A stretch of 64,000 nucleotides of DNA from Spirochaetia bacterium. Lineage in GTDB: Bacteria; Spirochaetota; Spirochaetia; SZUA-6; Bin103. The stretch is taken from positions 6,624,001 through 6,688,000 of the forward strand of contig CBDBDQ010000005.1 of NCBI GenBank assembly GCA_965203905.1. The letters run 5' to 3'. Numbering within the stretch: position 1 is the first letter of the stretch; every line of letters starts with the position of its first letter. The notes below the pieces were generated by a model that worked only from the letters and a program-made list of their open reading frames with translations, was not told where the DNA came from and did no database searches. Of this stretch, positions 19,486 through 28,844 are shown piece after piece. Both the position numbers and the translations under genes were made by a program.

Positions 19486-20235
19486 TTAAAGCTGTCCTAT
19501 TCGGCGTACCACGTCGCGGAGGGTGGTTATAGAACTGTAAGAAAGGTGGAGATCAAGTGCTTTCAAAAGCGCCTTTTGGAACGCGGTTATCTTGCTGAAT
19601 ACCGTGGCCGTGGAGACGCCAAAGTCAACCGCAAAGCCGCATGCATCCCGTTCAAGCTTGGTACTGCCGATGCTGTAGACGAGGGTTTCACCGTTCACTC
19701 CGCCGTCGACTTTCTGTCCTAGTTCAATCAGTTCCGAGAGTTCTCTGTCGGGATAGGCATTGAACAGCCAAAGAAGATCATAGAGGTCCTTTTCGCCACA
19801 CCTGGAAACGAGAGTAGCCGCCTTCATGGCAAACAGGGTCGGCAAACCGGCTACGACGACATCCCCGGTGGCGTTGGTCTCGGCAACGCTGACGATATGC
19901 TCATCGAGAACCACGTCCACCGTAAACCCAAGCTCTTTGTGGTAGCAGACGGCTCTATAGTACTGGTTGCTGCGACCCATCTCCTGCAGCTCGACGCCGA
20001 TGTTGCTCAGCGAGCGCACGGCCAGCACCGCTTCCTTGAACCCAATCGTATCGCCCGCGAACAGGTCGAGGTCATCCGACCGCCGGTGGCCTGCGTAGAA
20101 GCCGGCCAACGCAGTACCGCCGACGAGAATACAGTCGCCTATCCCCTGCGCGAAGACGTGTCTCAGGGACTCGAGCAATGGAGCCGGCAGGACACGATCG
20201 GCTAGCGATCGGTCAAATCGTGATGAATCTTCCAT
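19486..20235 (-). CDS. AbiEii nucleotidyltransferase toxin (type IV TA)
   Basis: LVGGTALAGFYAGHRRSDDLDLF...MKAATLVSR...KDLYD. Confidence 0.88.
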   Translation of the reverse strand: MEDSSRFDRSLADRVLPAPLLESLRHVFAQGIGDCILVGGTALAGFYAGHRRSDDLDLFAGDTIGFKEAVLAVRSLSNIGVELQEMGRSNQYYRAVCYHKELGFTVDVVLDEHIVSVAETNATGDVVVAGLPTLFAMKAATLVSRCGEKDLYDLLWLFNAYPDRELSELIELGQKVDGGVNGETLVYSIGSTKLERDACGFAVDFGVSTATVFSKITAFQKALLKALDLHLSYSSITTLRDVVRRIGQL

Positions 20236-20729
20236 ACGGTATCGACCTCCGTGCGTCGTGCCGCAGGCAGAAGCTGGCGCAGTCCAGGGTAGGTGCGCCA
20301 CACCCGTGCGCCCAATACCGCCGCCGCCTCGTATATTCCTCGACTGGCGATAAGGCGCGCCACCGCCCGCGGCTCCGATCCGGCCAGTGCAACCAGGAAG
20401 CGATAGATATCGGGATAGGATCGATCCCAGCAGAACTCCGCGTACCAGCGCCGTACGGTCGCACGATCCGTCAATACCGGGAACGGTTTGAGGAGCTCGG
20501 CCGGGTCTATTCCAAGGCCGGCACTCAAGTTCATGAGAGTGGCAACGTGCACGTTCCGGAAGTCATCATCGGCGGCAAACCAGAGCGAGACCGCCTGCCG
20601 GCTCACCCCCGCGGCCTTGGCCACATCCGACTGTTGATATCCCTTCTTTGCCATCGCGGCCTTGAGTACGCTGAGATACACAATTCCGATATAGCACCAT
20701 TTGCGCGCTACGTCAAGTACACTTGTCAC
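20202..20729 (-). CDS. XRE-type HTH protein, likely antitoxin of the AbiEii gene
   Basis: QQSDVAKAAGVSRQAVSLWF HTH; C-terminal FCWD motif; overlaps the toxin start. The start may be ~20680. Confidence 0.75.
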   Translation of the reverse strand: MTSVLDVARKWCYIGIVYLSVLKAAMAKKGYQQSDVAKAAGVSRQAVSLWFAADDDFRNVHVATLMNLSAGLGIDPAELLKPFPVLTDRATVRRWYAEFCWDRSYPDIYRFLVALAGSEPRAVARLIASRGIYEAAAVLGARVWRTYPGLRQLLPAARRTEVDTVWKIHHDLTDR

Positions 20730-20765
20730 TCACACTCACTCAGCCCCGGCGATGATGCTCAGAAA

Positions 20766-21725
20766 TCAGTCATAGCGGACCCGGGGGTCCAGGACTGCGT
20801 AGACCAGGTCGATGAGCAGATTGATCCCCACCACCCCGGTGGCGAAGAACAGGTTGATTCCGGAGACCATCGGGTAGTCTCTGTCGTTGAGGGCATTCAG
20901 CAGGAGGCGCCCGAGCCCCGGCAGGTTGAAGATGTTCTCCATGATCACGGCGCCCCCGACCAGGATCGGCAACTGCAGGCCGATCAGGGACACCACCGGG
21001 ATGAGGGCGTTCTTGACGGCGTGTCGGACCACCACGGCCCGCTCCTTCAACCCCTTGGACCAGGCCGTCCGGATATAGTCCTGCCGGAGCACCTCCAACA
21101 TCATGGTGCGGGTCATCCGCATGGTGGCGGCCGCCGCGGCCGTTCCCAGAATCAGGCTGGGAATGAGGAACACCGCAAGATTCCCCAGCGGGTCTTTGGT
21201 GAAGGAAACCAGCTCCAGCGGCGGCGCCCAGCCCCACCAGATGGCCGGGTAGATCATTACCATTATTCCCAGCCAGAAGTTGGGCGTTGCCAGGCCGATG
21301 ATGGCGACCGATCGCCCCAGGTAGTCGGCGGCGGTATCCTGGCGAATCGCCGAGTAGATGCCGACCGGCAGCGCGATCACCAGGCCGATGAGGATTGCCA
21401 TCAAACCAAGCTCAATGGTTACCGGCAGTCTATCTATTATCTTCTCCTCCACGGCCCCACGGCCCATCAGTGATTCACCAAGGGTACCGCGCAGAACAAT
21501 GCCTCCTATCCAGCGTTCGTACTGCACGTGGACGGGCACGTCTAATCCCAGCCGGCGCTCAACGGCTGCACGGTCAAGCACCGCCATTGTTTGGGATTCC
21601 ATCCTAATTTGCATTACGTCTATGATATCGCCGGGGATGAAGCGCACCGAGAGAAAGACCAGGATCGTCAATATGAACAGCGTGGGGATGATGAGCAATA
21701 ACCGCCTGATGATATAGGCTCTCAT
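20766..21725 (-). CDS. dppB: DppB-like permease (its dppC reduced to a ~30 bp remnant at 20743-20773)
   Basis: Full DppB ORF; downstream ATG ACT GAT TT..CTG AGC ATC ATC GCC GGG matches the dppC start. Confidence 0.92.
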   Translation of the reverse strand: MRAYIIRRLLLIIPTLFILTILVFLSVRFIPGDIIDVMQIRMESQTMAVLDRAAVERRLGLDVPVHVQYERWIGGIVLRGTLGESLMGRGAVEEKIIDRLPVTIELGLMAILIGLVIALPVGIYSAIRQDTAADYLGRSVAIIGLATPNFWLGIMVMIYPAIWWGWAPPLELVSFTKDPLGNLAVFLIPSLILGTAAAAATMRMTRTMMLEVLRQDYIRTAWSKGLKERAVVVRHAVKNALIPVVSLIGLQLPILVGGAVIMENIFNLPGLGRLLLNALNDRDYPMVSGINLFFATGVVGINLLIDLVYAVLDPRVRYD

Positions 21726-21840
21726 GTCACACCCATCATGCAATGAGTAAGGGAGCCGGGAAGCGCGCTCGCAAGCGAAACGCGCTCGGAAGCGCGCGCC
21801 TCCCGGCCCCTTTTCCCTGAGGTCAGTAGGGGTGCACTCC

Positions 21841-23628
21841 CTAGTGACCCATAGCTTCCTTCAGCTCACTATCAATCCAGAGGCGGGCGAAGATGGCGGT
21901 ATATTGACCGTTTCCCAACGCCCCTTCATTGTTAAACCCTTTGATCCACGGCTGGATCGCCACATACAGTGGGGCCCCAGGACCCCAAATCGTCCAGAAC
22001 TTCTCTATCCCATACTGATTCAACTCTCCGGCTATCCTGTTTTGCTCCTCGAGGGTGGTAGCGGCTCCGCCGGCTTCAAACTTGGCTGTATAAACCGGAT
22101 CGTTGACATTGGAGGTATTCCAAGGTGCGGCCGGCACATAGCGAAACATTACTGGCAATGGGTACCAAATACTGGCCCCCTCCGCGTTGATCATTTCGAA
22201 ATCCCTCTCATTTCTTCTAGGGCCATATGTAGCTGCTTCCTGTACATCAATCTCTACATTAACGCCAATCTTATTCCAGTATGAGGCGACTAATTCATCA
22301 TAGTTCAAATCGTACCGGACGAAATGCATCAACTCGGTCTTAAATCTAATGCCGTCCGCGCCGCGAGGATACCCGGCCTCATCAAGCAGCGCTTCGGCGC
22401 CTTCCGGGTCGTAGTCAAAGACCTTCTTGACATCTTCGGGCCAATCTTCAAATTGGGTGGCAACCTCTGTAAACATACGGTTTAGCAGCCCCTGAGGTAT
22501 TGCATCTGCATTACCCTTATAGTAGGCATTGTTAATTTCTTCGAGGTTTATTGCCATCTGCATTGCCTTGCGCACCCTGATGTCGTCGAAGGGCTCTATC
22601 TGAACGTTCATGCCAAACATAGTCCCCCCACTCCCGACGGAAAACGACGATATCACGACTTCAGGGTTGGTCCGCTGGAGGCTCTCTACCTGGTCGAGAC
22701 TCCTCATTGCGGCTTGGCCGTTCCGACCTAGGTAATCAACCCGACCCGTGCGCAGTGCCGCCAGCTGTGTTGCCGGTTCCGGCATAGTCAGGGCCCTTAA
22801 CCGGTCAACATAGGGCAAGCGGTTCTCCGGGTATTTTTCGTCGTAGCCCCAGTAGTCAGGATTCTTGTCCCAGGTGATAGAGCTGCCCTCGGTCCAGTCA
22901 GTCAGCATAAAGGGCCCGGTGCCGACCAGGTTCCTCCAATCCGTAACGTCCCCATGTTCCTTGATTACCTCGGGGGGGTATATCCGAGCCATGTTGCCGT
23001 CGAGCATAGCAACCAGCGCAAAGAGGTGTGGCTCCTTCAGCTTGAAAACTACCGTCCATTTGTCGGTGGCCGTTACCGATTCCACTTGCACATCGCGCCA
23101 GCTAGTAGCAAATTCGCTACGTTCGGTGAAACCGCTGCCAAGTCCCAAGATACGGTGAAAGTTGTACTCGATATCTTGGGCAGTCAGTTCCCGACCGTTC
23201 ATCGGCGGCTTATCATGCCAGCGAACGCCCTGGCGGACTTTGACGATATACGTCAGTGAGTCGGGCTGCGACCAGCTTTCCGCCAACTGCCCTTTCGTGT
23301 TAGCTGGTACGTTGAGAAACTGGAAGTTCCATTTGACCCTGGGCGTTGCCCAGTCGCCCCAGGCCAGCTTCTCTAAAACGCCATCGATGCCTCCCACCGA
23401 ACCAGAGACCACCAAGTCAGTACCCGGCGGCTCTTCTTTTTGGGCGAAGGTCAGTGTCCCGCCATACTCCGGCGCGGTCACCACCTTGCCGGTGGAGGGG
23501 TCGGTCACATACTTCTTGTCAGCCGCGGCTGCCGGCTCCTCTTCTGTGCCACCCGCCCAAAGGCCGGTTGCGGTCAGGGCGAGGACCAACGCAATCGCGA
23601 AGGTCATTCTGATTTTTACAATGTTCAT
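21841..23628 (-). CDS. dppA: ABC solute-binding protein family 5 (SBP4)
   Basis: 595 aa with signal peptide and family-5 motifs. Confidence 0.93.
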   Translation of the reverse strand: MNIVKIRMTFAIALVLALTATGLWAGGTEEEPAAAADKKYVTDPSTGKVVTAPEYGGTLTFAQKEEPPGTDLVVSGSVGGIDGVLEKLAWGDWATPRVKWNFQFLNVPANTKGQLAESWSQPDSLTYIVKVRQGVRWHDKPPMNGRELTAQDIEYNFHRILGLGSGFTERSEFATSWRDVQVESVTATDKWTVVFKLKEPHLFALVAMLDGNMARIYPPEVIKEHGDVTDWRNLVGTGPFMLTDWTEGSSITWDKNPDYWGYDEKYPENRLPYVDRLRALTMPEPATQLAALRTGRVDYLGRNGQAAMRSLDQVESLQRTNPEVVISSFSVGSGGTMFGMNVQIEPFDDIRVRKAMQMAINLEEINNAYYKGNADAIPQGLLNRMFTEVATQFEDWPEDVKKVFDYDPEGAEALLDEAGYPRGADGIRFKTELMHFVRYDLNYDELVASYWNKIGVNVEIDVQEAATYGPRRNERDFEMINAEGASIWYPLPVMFRYVPAAPWNTSNVNDPVYTAKFEAGGAATTLEEQNRIAGELNQYGIEKFWTIWGPGAPLYVAIQPWIKGFNNEGALGNGQYTAIFARLWIDSELKEAMGH

Positions 23629-23944
23629 ACGTTTCTCCGTATGTGGATTTTTCGAGAGTATTGCGAAGCGGATTGCCGCTTCCTGGCTACTCTCGCGCCC
23701 GCAACGCAGGCGACCAGCCAGATAGAGTCAACTTCCTGAAGCGCGCGGCGTGTGACTCACCGTTATTGCGTTGCGCGCCCAAGGGCGGGGTGAGGGCGTA
23801 CCGGTTGCAGTGACGATGACGTAGGCGGAGGAGCGACAGGGGCGTAAAGTGTGAAGCCCGCAGCAGGTAAATGCTGCGGGCTTCACTTTTAGGCGGCCTC
23901 GGCGAGCGGAAGACAACCGCCCGCCGAGGCCCGAGAGGCAGCGA

Positions 23945-24769
23945 GTGTCCGAGGGTGCAACCGAGGCACACGCGCTCCCGTTCGCGACGACGAACTACCA
24001 GGCGGATCAGGACGGAACCTTGCGCGCCGTGCTGCCGTCGCGGTGTGTCTACGCCACGGGGGAGCAGACGTGTGCCATCTTCGTCGATCATTACCGCGAG
24101 CGCAAGACCGGGCCCCGCTATCCGCTAGCGGTGGTGGGGTGCGGGGTGCATGGGGGCCGGCGCTACACCCTGTATCCGCCCGGACACTACCCCTACGGAC
24201 GGGTGGCGGTGGTGCCCTACAGCGCAGGCGGAGACGTGCTGTTGGACGCAACCGGCAAACGACCGCAGTGGCAGGTGACGCTGTTCGGGGCCGCGCAGGA
24301 TGCGAAGCAGGGGAAGCTGTGGCCAGCCGAGCAGCACTGGTGGCAAGCGTTGAGTACGCCCTGCCGGCGCATCCAGGGACGGCGCCTGGAGCTGGCCGGT
24401 CGGTTGACCGGGGTCAGCCCGGAGTTGGACCAGCGGCAGCGGGAGCAGATCGCGACGCGCTTGGGAGTGGCGACCATGACCGTGCTCTGGGGAGCGCGCT
24501 GCTGGGGGCGCAGCTGGCGCAGCCGCGGCGTAGCGATCATGGCGGTGTTGCTGGCGCTGGCGGTCAGCGCGACGCTGGGGGAGCGCATGGGTGCGGCTGG
24601 TGCGGTCAGCGACCTGTGGGGGCCACCGCGCCCGCGGCTGGTGGCGCGCTGGGAGCAGGCCGGCCAGAGCTGGGTGGTGGCCGCGAGCGGTCGTTCAGCA
24701 GCGCGGGAACAGGGGGTTGTCGACCACCTTCGGGGACGGGCGCCCCCGGCCACGAAAGCGCTTATTTGA
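23945..24769 (+). CDS. Transposon accessory protein with Cys/His cluster (DUF6431-like position)
   Basis: First ORF inside the TIRs; C-x8-C..H..C-x2-H..TLYP..PYGR pattern. Confidence 0.55.
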   Translation: MSEGATEAHALPFATTNYQADQDGTLRAVLPSRCVYATGEQTCAIFVDHYRERKTGPRYPLAVVGCGVHGGRRYTLYPPGHYPYGRVAVVPYSAGGDVLLDATGKRPQWQVTLFGAAQDAKQGKLWPAEQHWWQALSTPCRRIQGRRLELAGRLTGVSPELDQRQREQIATRLGVATMTVLWGARCWGRSWRSRGVAIMAVLLALAVSATLGERMGAAGAVSDLWGPPRPRLVARWEQAGQSWVVAASGRSAAREQGVVDHLRGRAPPATKALI

Positions 24770-24798
24770 AGCCTCCCGTACGGCGCTACGGTAGGCGC

Positions 24799-26205
24799 AT
24801 GAATGATTCGTCACGTCCCCCGTTACCGATCTCGGCTACCGCGCTGCTGCGCTACCTGGTGATCGCCGAGATGGAGGCCCTGGTGTTGCGCGGGTGGCCT
24901 GCGGGCGCCGCGGTACGCAAGGTTGCCCGCGCACCGCGGATCGACCTGGACGGTCGTCCGGTGCGGATCAGCGTGCGTACCCTGCAACGCTGGCGCGCGG
25001 CCTGGGCGAGCGGTCGGCTCGCCGCCCTGGAGCCGCAGCCGCGCACCCGCACCGAGACCTCACTGGCGCTGAGTCCGCAACTGGTCACCTTTCTGCGCAC
25101 CGAGAAGCAACGTGATGTGCGCGCCTCGGTGCCGGAACTGGTGCGGCGGGCGCGCGAGCGCGGCATCATCCCGGTCGACGCCAAGATCGATCGCACCACG
25201 GTGTGGCGCGCCTGTCGGCGAATGGGCCTGCCGACGCGTCAGCGACCACACAAACACGAAGCGGACACGCGTCGCTGGCGCTATGCCGAGCGCATGCAGT
25301 GCGTGCTTGCCGACGGCAAGCACTTCCGCGCCGGCGCAGCGCGGCTGCGGCGGGTGGCGCTGTTCTTCCTCGACGATGCCACCCGCTACGGCCTGGAGGT
25401 GGTGGTGGGCACCGCGGAGTCCAGCGAGCTGTTCCTGCGCGGCCTCTACGAGGTGGTCATGCACCACGGCACTGCGGATCTGTACTACCTGGACAAAGGC
25501 CCGGGCTTCATCTCCAAGGACACCCTGGCCGTGGTCCAGGGCGGCCTGGGCACCTTGCTGATTCACGGCGCCACCAGGTATCCCGAGGGCCACGGCGCCA
25601 TCGAGCGCTTCCATCGCACCGCTTACGATCAGGTGCTGCGTTCCTTCGACGGTGCCGCCGACGTGGACCCCGCTTGCCAGGCACTCACGCTGCGCCTGCG
25701 CCACTTCCTGAACCGCTACAACGACACCCCGCACGAGACGCTCGGCAAGGACACCCCGCGCCAGCGCTGGGAGCAGGGACGGGAGTTGCGCTTTCCCACC
25801 GACGAGGCCGATCTGTATCGCCGCTTCGTGGTGCGCGCCATGCACAAGGTCTCCAACGATCACGTCATCAAGGCCGCCGGTCGGTTGTGGGAAGCGCCGC
25901 GCCGCAGCGCCCGCTGTTGGGTCGAGGTGGCGCGCCACGTGCTCGACGGGCGGCTGTGGGTTCAGCACCAAGGGCGCATGATCGAGCTGGCCGAGCTGGA
26001 TCCCCACGCCAACGCGACCTCACCGCGCGGCTCCGGCAGCGCGCCACAACCGACCGCCGACGAGGACGGCGAGGAACTCCCCGCCACCGCGGCCGGCATC
26101 GCCTACGCCAACGACACCCGCCCGCTGGTCGACCCCGACGGCGGCTACCGCGACCCGCAGGACGACCAACAGGACGACCAACACGTCCAGGAGCAGCAGC
26201 CATGA
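24799..26205 (+). CDS. DDE transposase (MuA/TnsB-like)
   Basis: HTH (SVRTLQRW); DDE residues in LADGKH, YLDKGPGF and AIERFHR; YNDTPH motif. Confidence 0.9.
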   Translation: MNDSSRPPLPISATALLRYLVIAEMEALVLRGWPAGAAVRKVARAPRIDLDGRPVRISVRTLQRWRAAWASGRLAALEPQPRTRTETSLALSPQLVTFLRTEKQRDVRASVPELVRRARERGIIPVDAKIDRTTVWRACRRMGLPTRQRPHKHEADTRRWRYAERMQCVLADGKHFRAGAARLRRVALFFLDDATRYGLEVVVGTAESSELFLRGLYEVVMHHGTADLYYLDKGPGFISKDTLAVVQGGLGTLLIHGATRYPEGHGAIERFHRTAYDQVLRSFDGAADVDPACQALTLRLRHFLNRYNDTPHETLGKDTPRQRWEQGRELRFPTDEADLYRRFVVRAMHKVSNDHVIKAAGRLWEAPRRSARCWVEVARHVLDGRLWVQHQGRMIELAELDPHANATSPRGSGSAPQPTADEDGEELPATAAGIAYANDTRPLVDPDGGYRDPQDDQQDDQHVQEQQP

Positions 26206-27005
26206 GCCACGACCTCAGCCCACTGGGCTTCCGCAAGACCCCCTTTACTCGCGAGTTGACCGTGCGCGAGTGCTTCCCGCTCGAACCTCAGGCCCAGGTC
26301 GCCGCCGCACTCACCGCGGCGGTGCAGGAGCGCATGAGCGCCGCCCTCATCGCTCCCGCCGGCACCGGCAAGACCGTCGCCTTGCGCATGCTCGTCGCCA
26401 CCCTGCCGGAGGTGCGCTTCCAGGTCCACTACGTCAAGGTGACCGGCCTCTCCAAGCGTGACCTGTGCAAGGAAATCGCGGTCGCCTGCGGCCTCTCTCC
26501 CACCGGGATCTATCCCGCTCTGGTGCGCAAGCTGCAGGACGCGTTCGAACATACCGTCAGCGACGGCATGCGCCCCGTCATCCTGCTCGACGAAGCCCAT
26601 GATCTGCGCCCCGAAGCGTTGGCCATGTTGCGCGTCCTCACCAACTTCACAATGGACAGTCGCCTCGTCGTGTCCCTCGTGCTCGCCGGCCAGCCACTCC
26701 TGAAACTGCTGCTCCGGCGCCCTGAACAAGCCGCCATCGCGCAGCGCCTGGCGCACTACGCCGAACTGCGCCTGCTGTCCCGCGATGAGACCCGCGCCTA
26801 CCTCGAACATCGCTGCACCCTCGCCGGCGCTCGCACCAATCCCTTCGACGACGACGCTCAGGAAACCATCTTCGAAATGAGCCGCGGCAACCTGCGTGCC
26901 ATCGACCGCTTGGCCCTGGCGGCGCTGCACCACGCCGCCAAGTCTTCTCACACCACCGTCAGTGCCGGCGACGTGATCGCCGCGCGCAAGTACCTGTGGC
27001 CATGA
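26202..27005 (+). CDS. ExeA/TnsC-like AAA+ ATPase
   Basis: GFRKTPF, Walker A APAGTGKT, Walker B ILLDEAH, LAGQP, SRGNLRAI; ATGA overlap with the transposase. Confidence 0.9.
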   Translation: MSHDLSPLGFRKTPFTRELTVRECFPLEPQAQVAAALTAAVQERMSAALIAPAGTGKTVALRMLVATLPEVRFQVHYVKVTGLSKRDLCKEIAVACGLSPTGIYPALVRKLQDAFEHTVSDGMRPVILLDEAHDLRPEALAMLRVLTNFTMDSRLVVSLVLAGQPLLKLLLRRPEQAAIAQRLAHYAELRLLSRDETRAYLEHRCTLAGARTNPFDDDAQETIFEMSRGNLRAIDRLALAALHHAAKSSHTTVSAGDVIAARKYLWP

Positions 27006-27940
27006 CCACACCGCTGCCCACCGTTCCGGTGCATGCCATCGATCCCCAGCCCGACGCTCCCCAGTGGCTGGTGCGCGACCTCTGGACCACCGCGGCTGTC
27101 GGCGTGATCGGGGGCAGCCCCAAGGTTGGCAAGTCCTGGCTCGGCCTTGACCTCGCCGTCTCGGTCGCGTCCAGCACCCCGGCCCTCGGGCGGTTCCCGG
27201 TCGAGGCCACCGGCCCCGCCCTGGTCTATCTCGCCGAGGATGCTCTGCCACGCGTCCGCGACCGTGTCGCCCACTTGTGCCGCCACCGCGGTTTGGATCT
27301 GGCACGCCTCGATCTGCACGTCGTCACTGCTGACCGCTTGCGCCTCGATACCGAGCGCGACCAGCTCGCTCTCGACCAGACCGTGCAACGGATCCGCCCG
27401 GCACTACTGCTGTTGGACCCTCTGGTCCGACTTCATTCCCTCGATGAGAACAGCGCTTCAGACATCTCTTCTCTGCTCGGCTTTCTGCGCGCACTCAACC
27501 GCCGCTATCAACTCGCTGTGGTCCTCGTCCACCACCTGGCCAAGCGCTCGCGCCGCAATCTCGGCCAGTCCCTGCGCGGCTCCTCCGATCTGCATGCCTG
27601 GACCGACTCCGCCTGCTATCTGGTGCGGCGTCCCGACGACCGTCTGCAACTCACCGTCGAGCATCGCTCCGCTCCCGCTCCAGACCCCCTGCTGTTGCGC
27701 CTCTCAGGCGGCGCCGACCAGCCCCTCTCGCTGCTCGTCGACAACGCTGCCGCCGCCCCGCCTCCCCCGCTCGCCGAGGCGGTGCGCGCCACGCTCCGCA
27801 GCGCCGGCCAGCCGCTCTCCAGGACCGCTCTGCGGCAACGCTTGCGCGTCAACAACGCCCGTCTCGGTCTCGCCCTCCAAACTCTCCAACAGCACGGCCT
27901 CGCCGTCCGCGGCCCCAACGGCTGGCACCTGCCGGCCTGA
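27002..27940 (+). CDS. AAA_25/RepA-like RecA-fold ATPase with C-terminal wHTH
   Basis: GSPKVGKS, YLAED, LLLDPL, LVHH and LRGSS motifs; ATGA overlap with the preceding gene. Confidence 0.85.
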   Translation: MTTPLPTVPVHAIDPQPDAPQWLVRDLWTTAAVGVIGGSPKVGKSWLGLDLAVSVASSTPALGRFPVEATGPALVYLAEDALPRVRDRVAHLCRHRGLDLARLDLHVVTADRLRLDTERDQLALDQTVQRIRPALLLLDPLVRLHSLDENSASDISSLLGFLRALNRRYQLAVVLVHHLAKRSRRNLGQSLRGSSDLHAWTDSACYLVRRPDDRLQLTVEHRSAPAPDPLLLRLSGGADQPLSLLVDNAAAAPPPPLAEAVRATLRSAGQPLSRTALRQRLRVNNARLGLALQTLQQHGLAVRGPNGWHLPA

Positions 27941-28639
27941 CCGGCACCGTCGCCTGCCTACTCGCTCTCGTTCCGCCATTCCCGCGTTCCGCACCAGGGA
28001 CGCGCTCGGAACGGAACGACCACCGTACACACTCCGTGCCAACTATCGTGCAACTCGCCTCGGCTCAGGGCGCGCAACGCAACAACCGGGTTCACCCGGG
28101 CTCACGCCGCGCGCGCGAGCGGCTCTTTGAGTACTACTTGCACCTCGTCGTGGGGGCAGGGAGTAACCCGGCCGCGGAGAACCCACGGCACCAAGACGCG
28201 CCCCGGACGCTGCGCCGGGAGGACGCGCATAGTGCGTCGGAGCGCGCATTTCAAGCAGCGCGACAGGATAGCACGCCGCGATTCAGGAGCCGGGGATCCA
28301 GGACCGTTGCAGCGGCCAGTGAACGAACCTGCATTGGACCGGCGCCGGAGGTAGCCGGCCGCAACCCGGATGCTGAAGTCGAAGGCCGCGGTGCGATCAG
28401 CCGGAGCGGTCAGTTTCTCGGTTCGAATAGCTGCCGGGGGGGACGATTGGATGCACCGGTTGCGTCATCGCCATCCGGTTACTCTGCAGACGGCCGTGAT
28501 GGTGCATTATCCGCATCCGTTCGATCCTGAAGTTTCGTAGCATTTCACGCTCGCTTGGAAGTGTCAAGCTCACCCCCCGGGCCGGGACGGACCGGAGTTG
28601 GCATGGGAGAAACAGGGCTGCAAGCCTATACTGGGGGTT

Positions 28640-28825
28640 AGTCTTCGAGGGAGCGCGAAGTAGGCCGGCGATGCACTGGTGTAGCGCCCTGCGGCGAACC
28701 CGTTGTCAAGCTTGGTCCCGAGGCCCGTGGCGTTGTCATTGGTGAGGCTCAGCCCGCGACCGGTTGCGGTGGTGATCCATCCCGATAAGGAGAATGCGCA
28801 GTTGCTTCACGCCTTGGCCGCTCCA
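28640..28825 (+). ncRNA. Candidate IS110 bridge RNA (ends approximate)
   Basis: Contains TGTCAAGC (28704-28711, equal to left target + core), then TAAGGAG (28786-28792, equal to left donor + core) inside a GTGAGGC/GCTTCAC stem. Confidence 0.7.
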
Positions 28826-28844
28826 CTCATTCCCAGGAGGAGTC

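Larger units (their letters stand above)
23764..28084 (+). mobile_element. Four-gene Mu/Tn7-like DDE transposon
   Basis: Terminal inverted repeats TATTGCGTTGCGCGCCC / GGGCGCGCAACGCAACA; flanks ACCGT / ACCGG; empty site CTC-ACCGG-GTTCAC seen at ~10598 and ~49766. Confidence 0.88.

Noticed and set aside
24043-26205. 720 aa transposase and 600 aa ATPase ORFs as listed in the track
   Set aside because: The N-terminal extensions overlap other genes in GC-rich open frames. Real starts are more likely 24799 and 26202.
28741-28746. GGTGAG as a right-donor guide in the first loop, implying junction-matched loops
   Set aside because: It is better explained as one arm of the GTGAGGC/GCTTCAC stem closing the donor loop.
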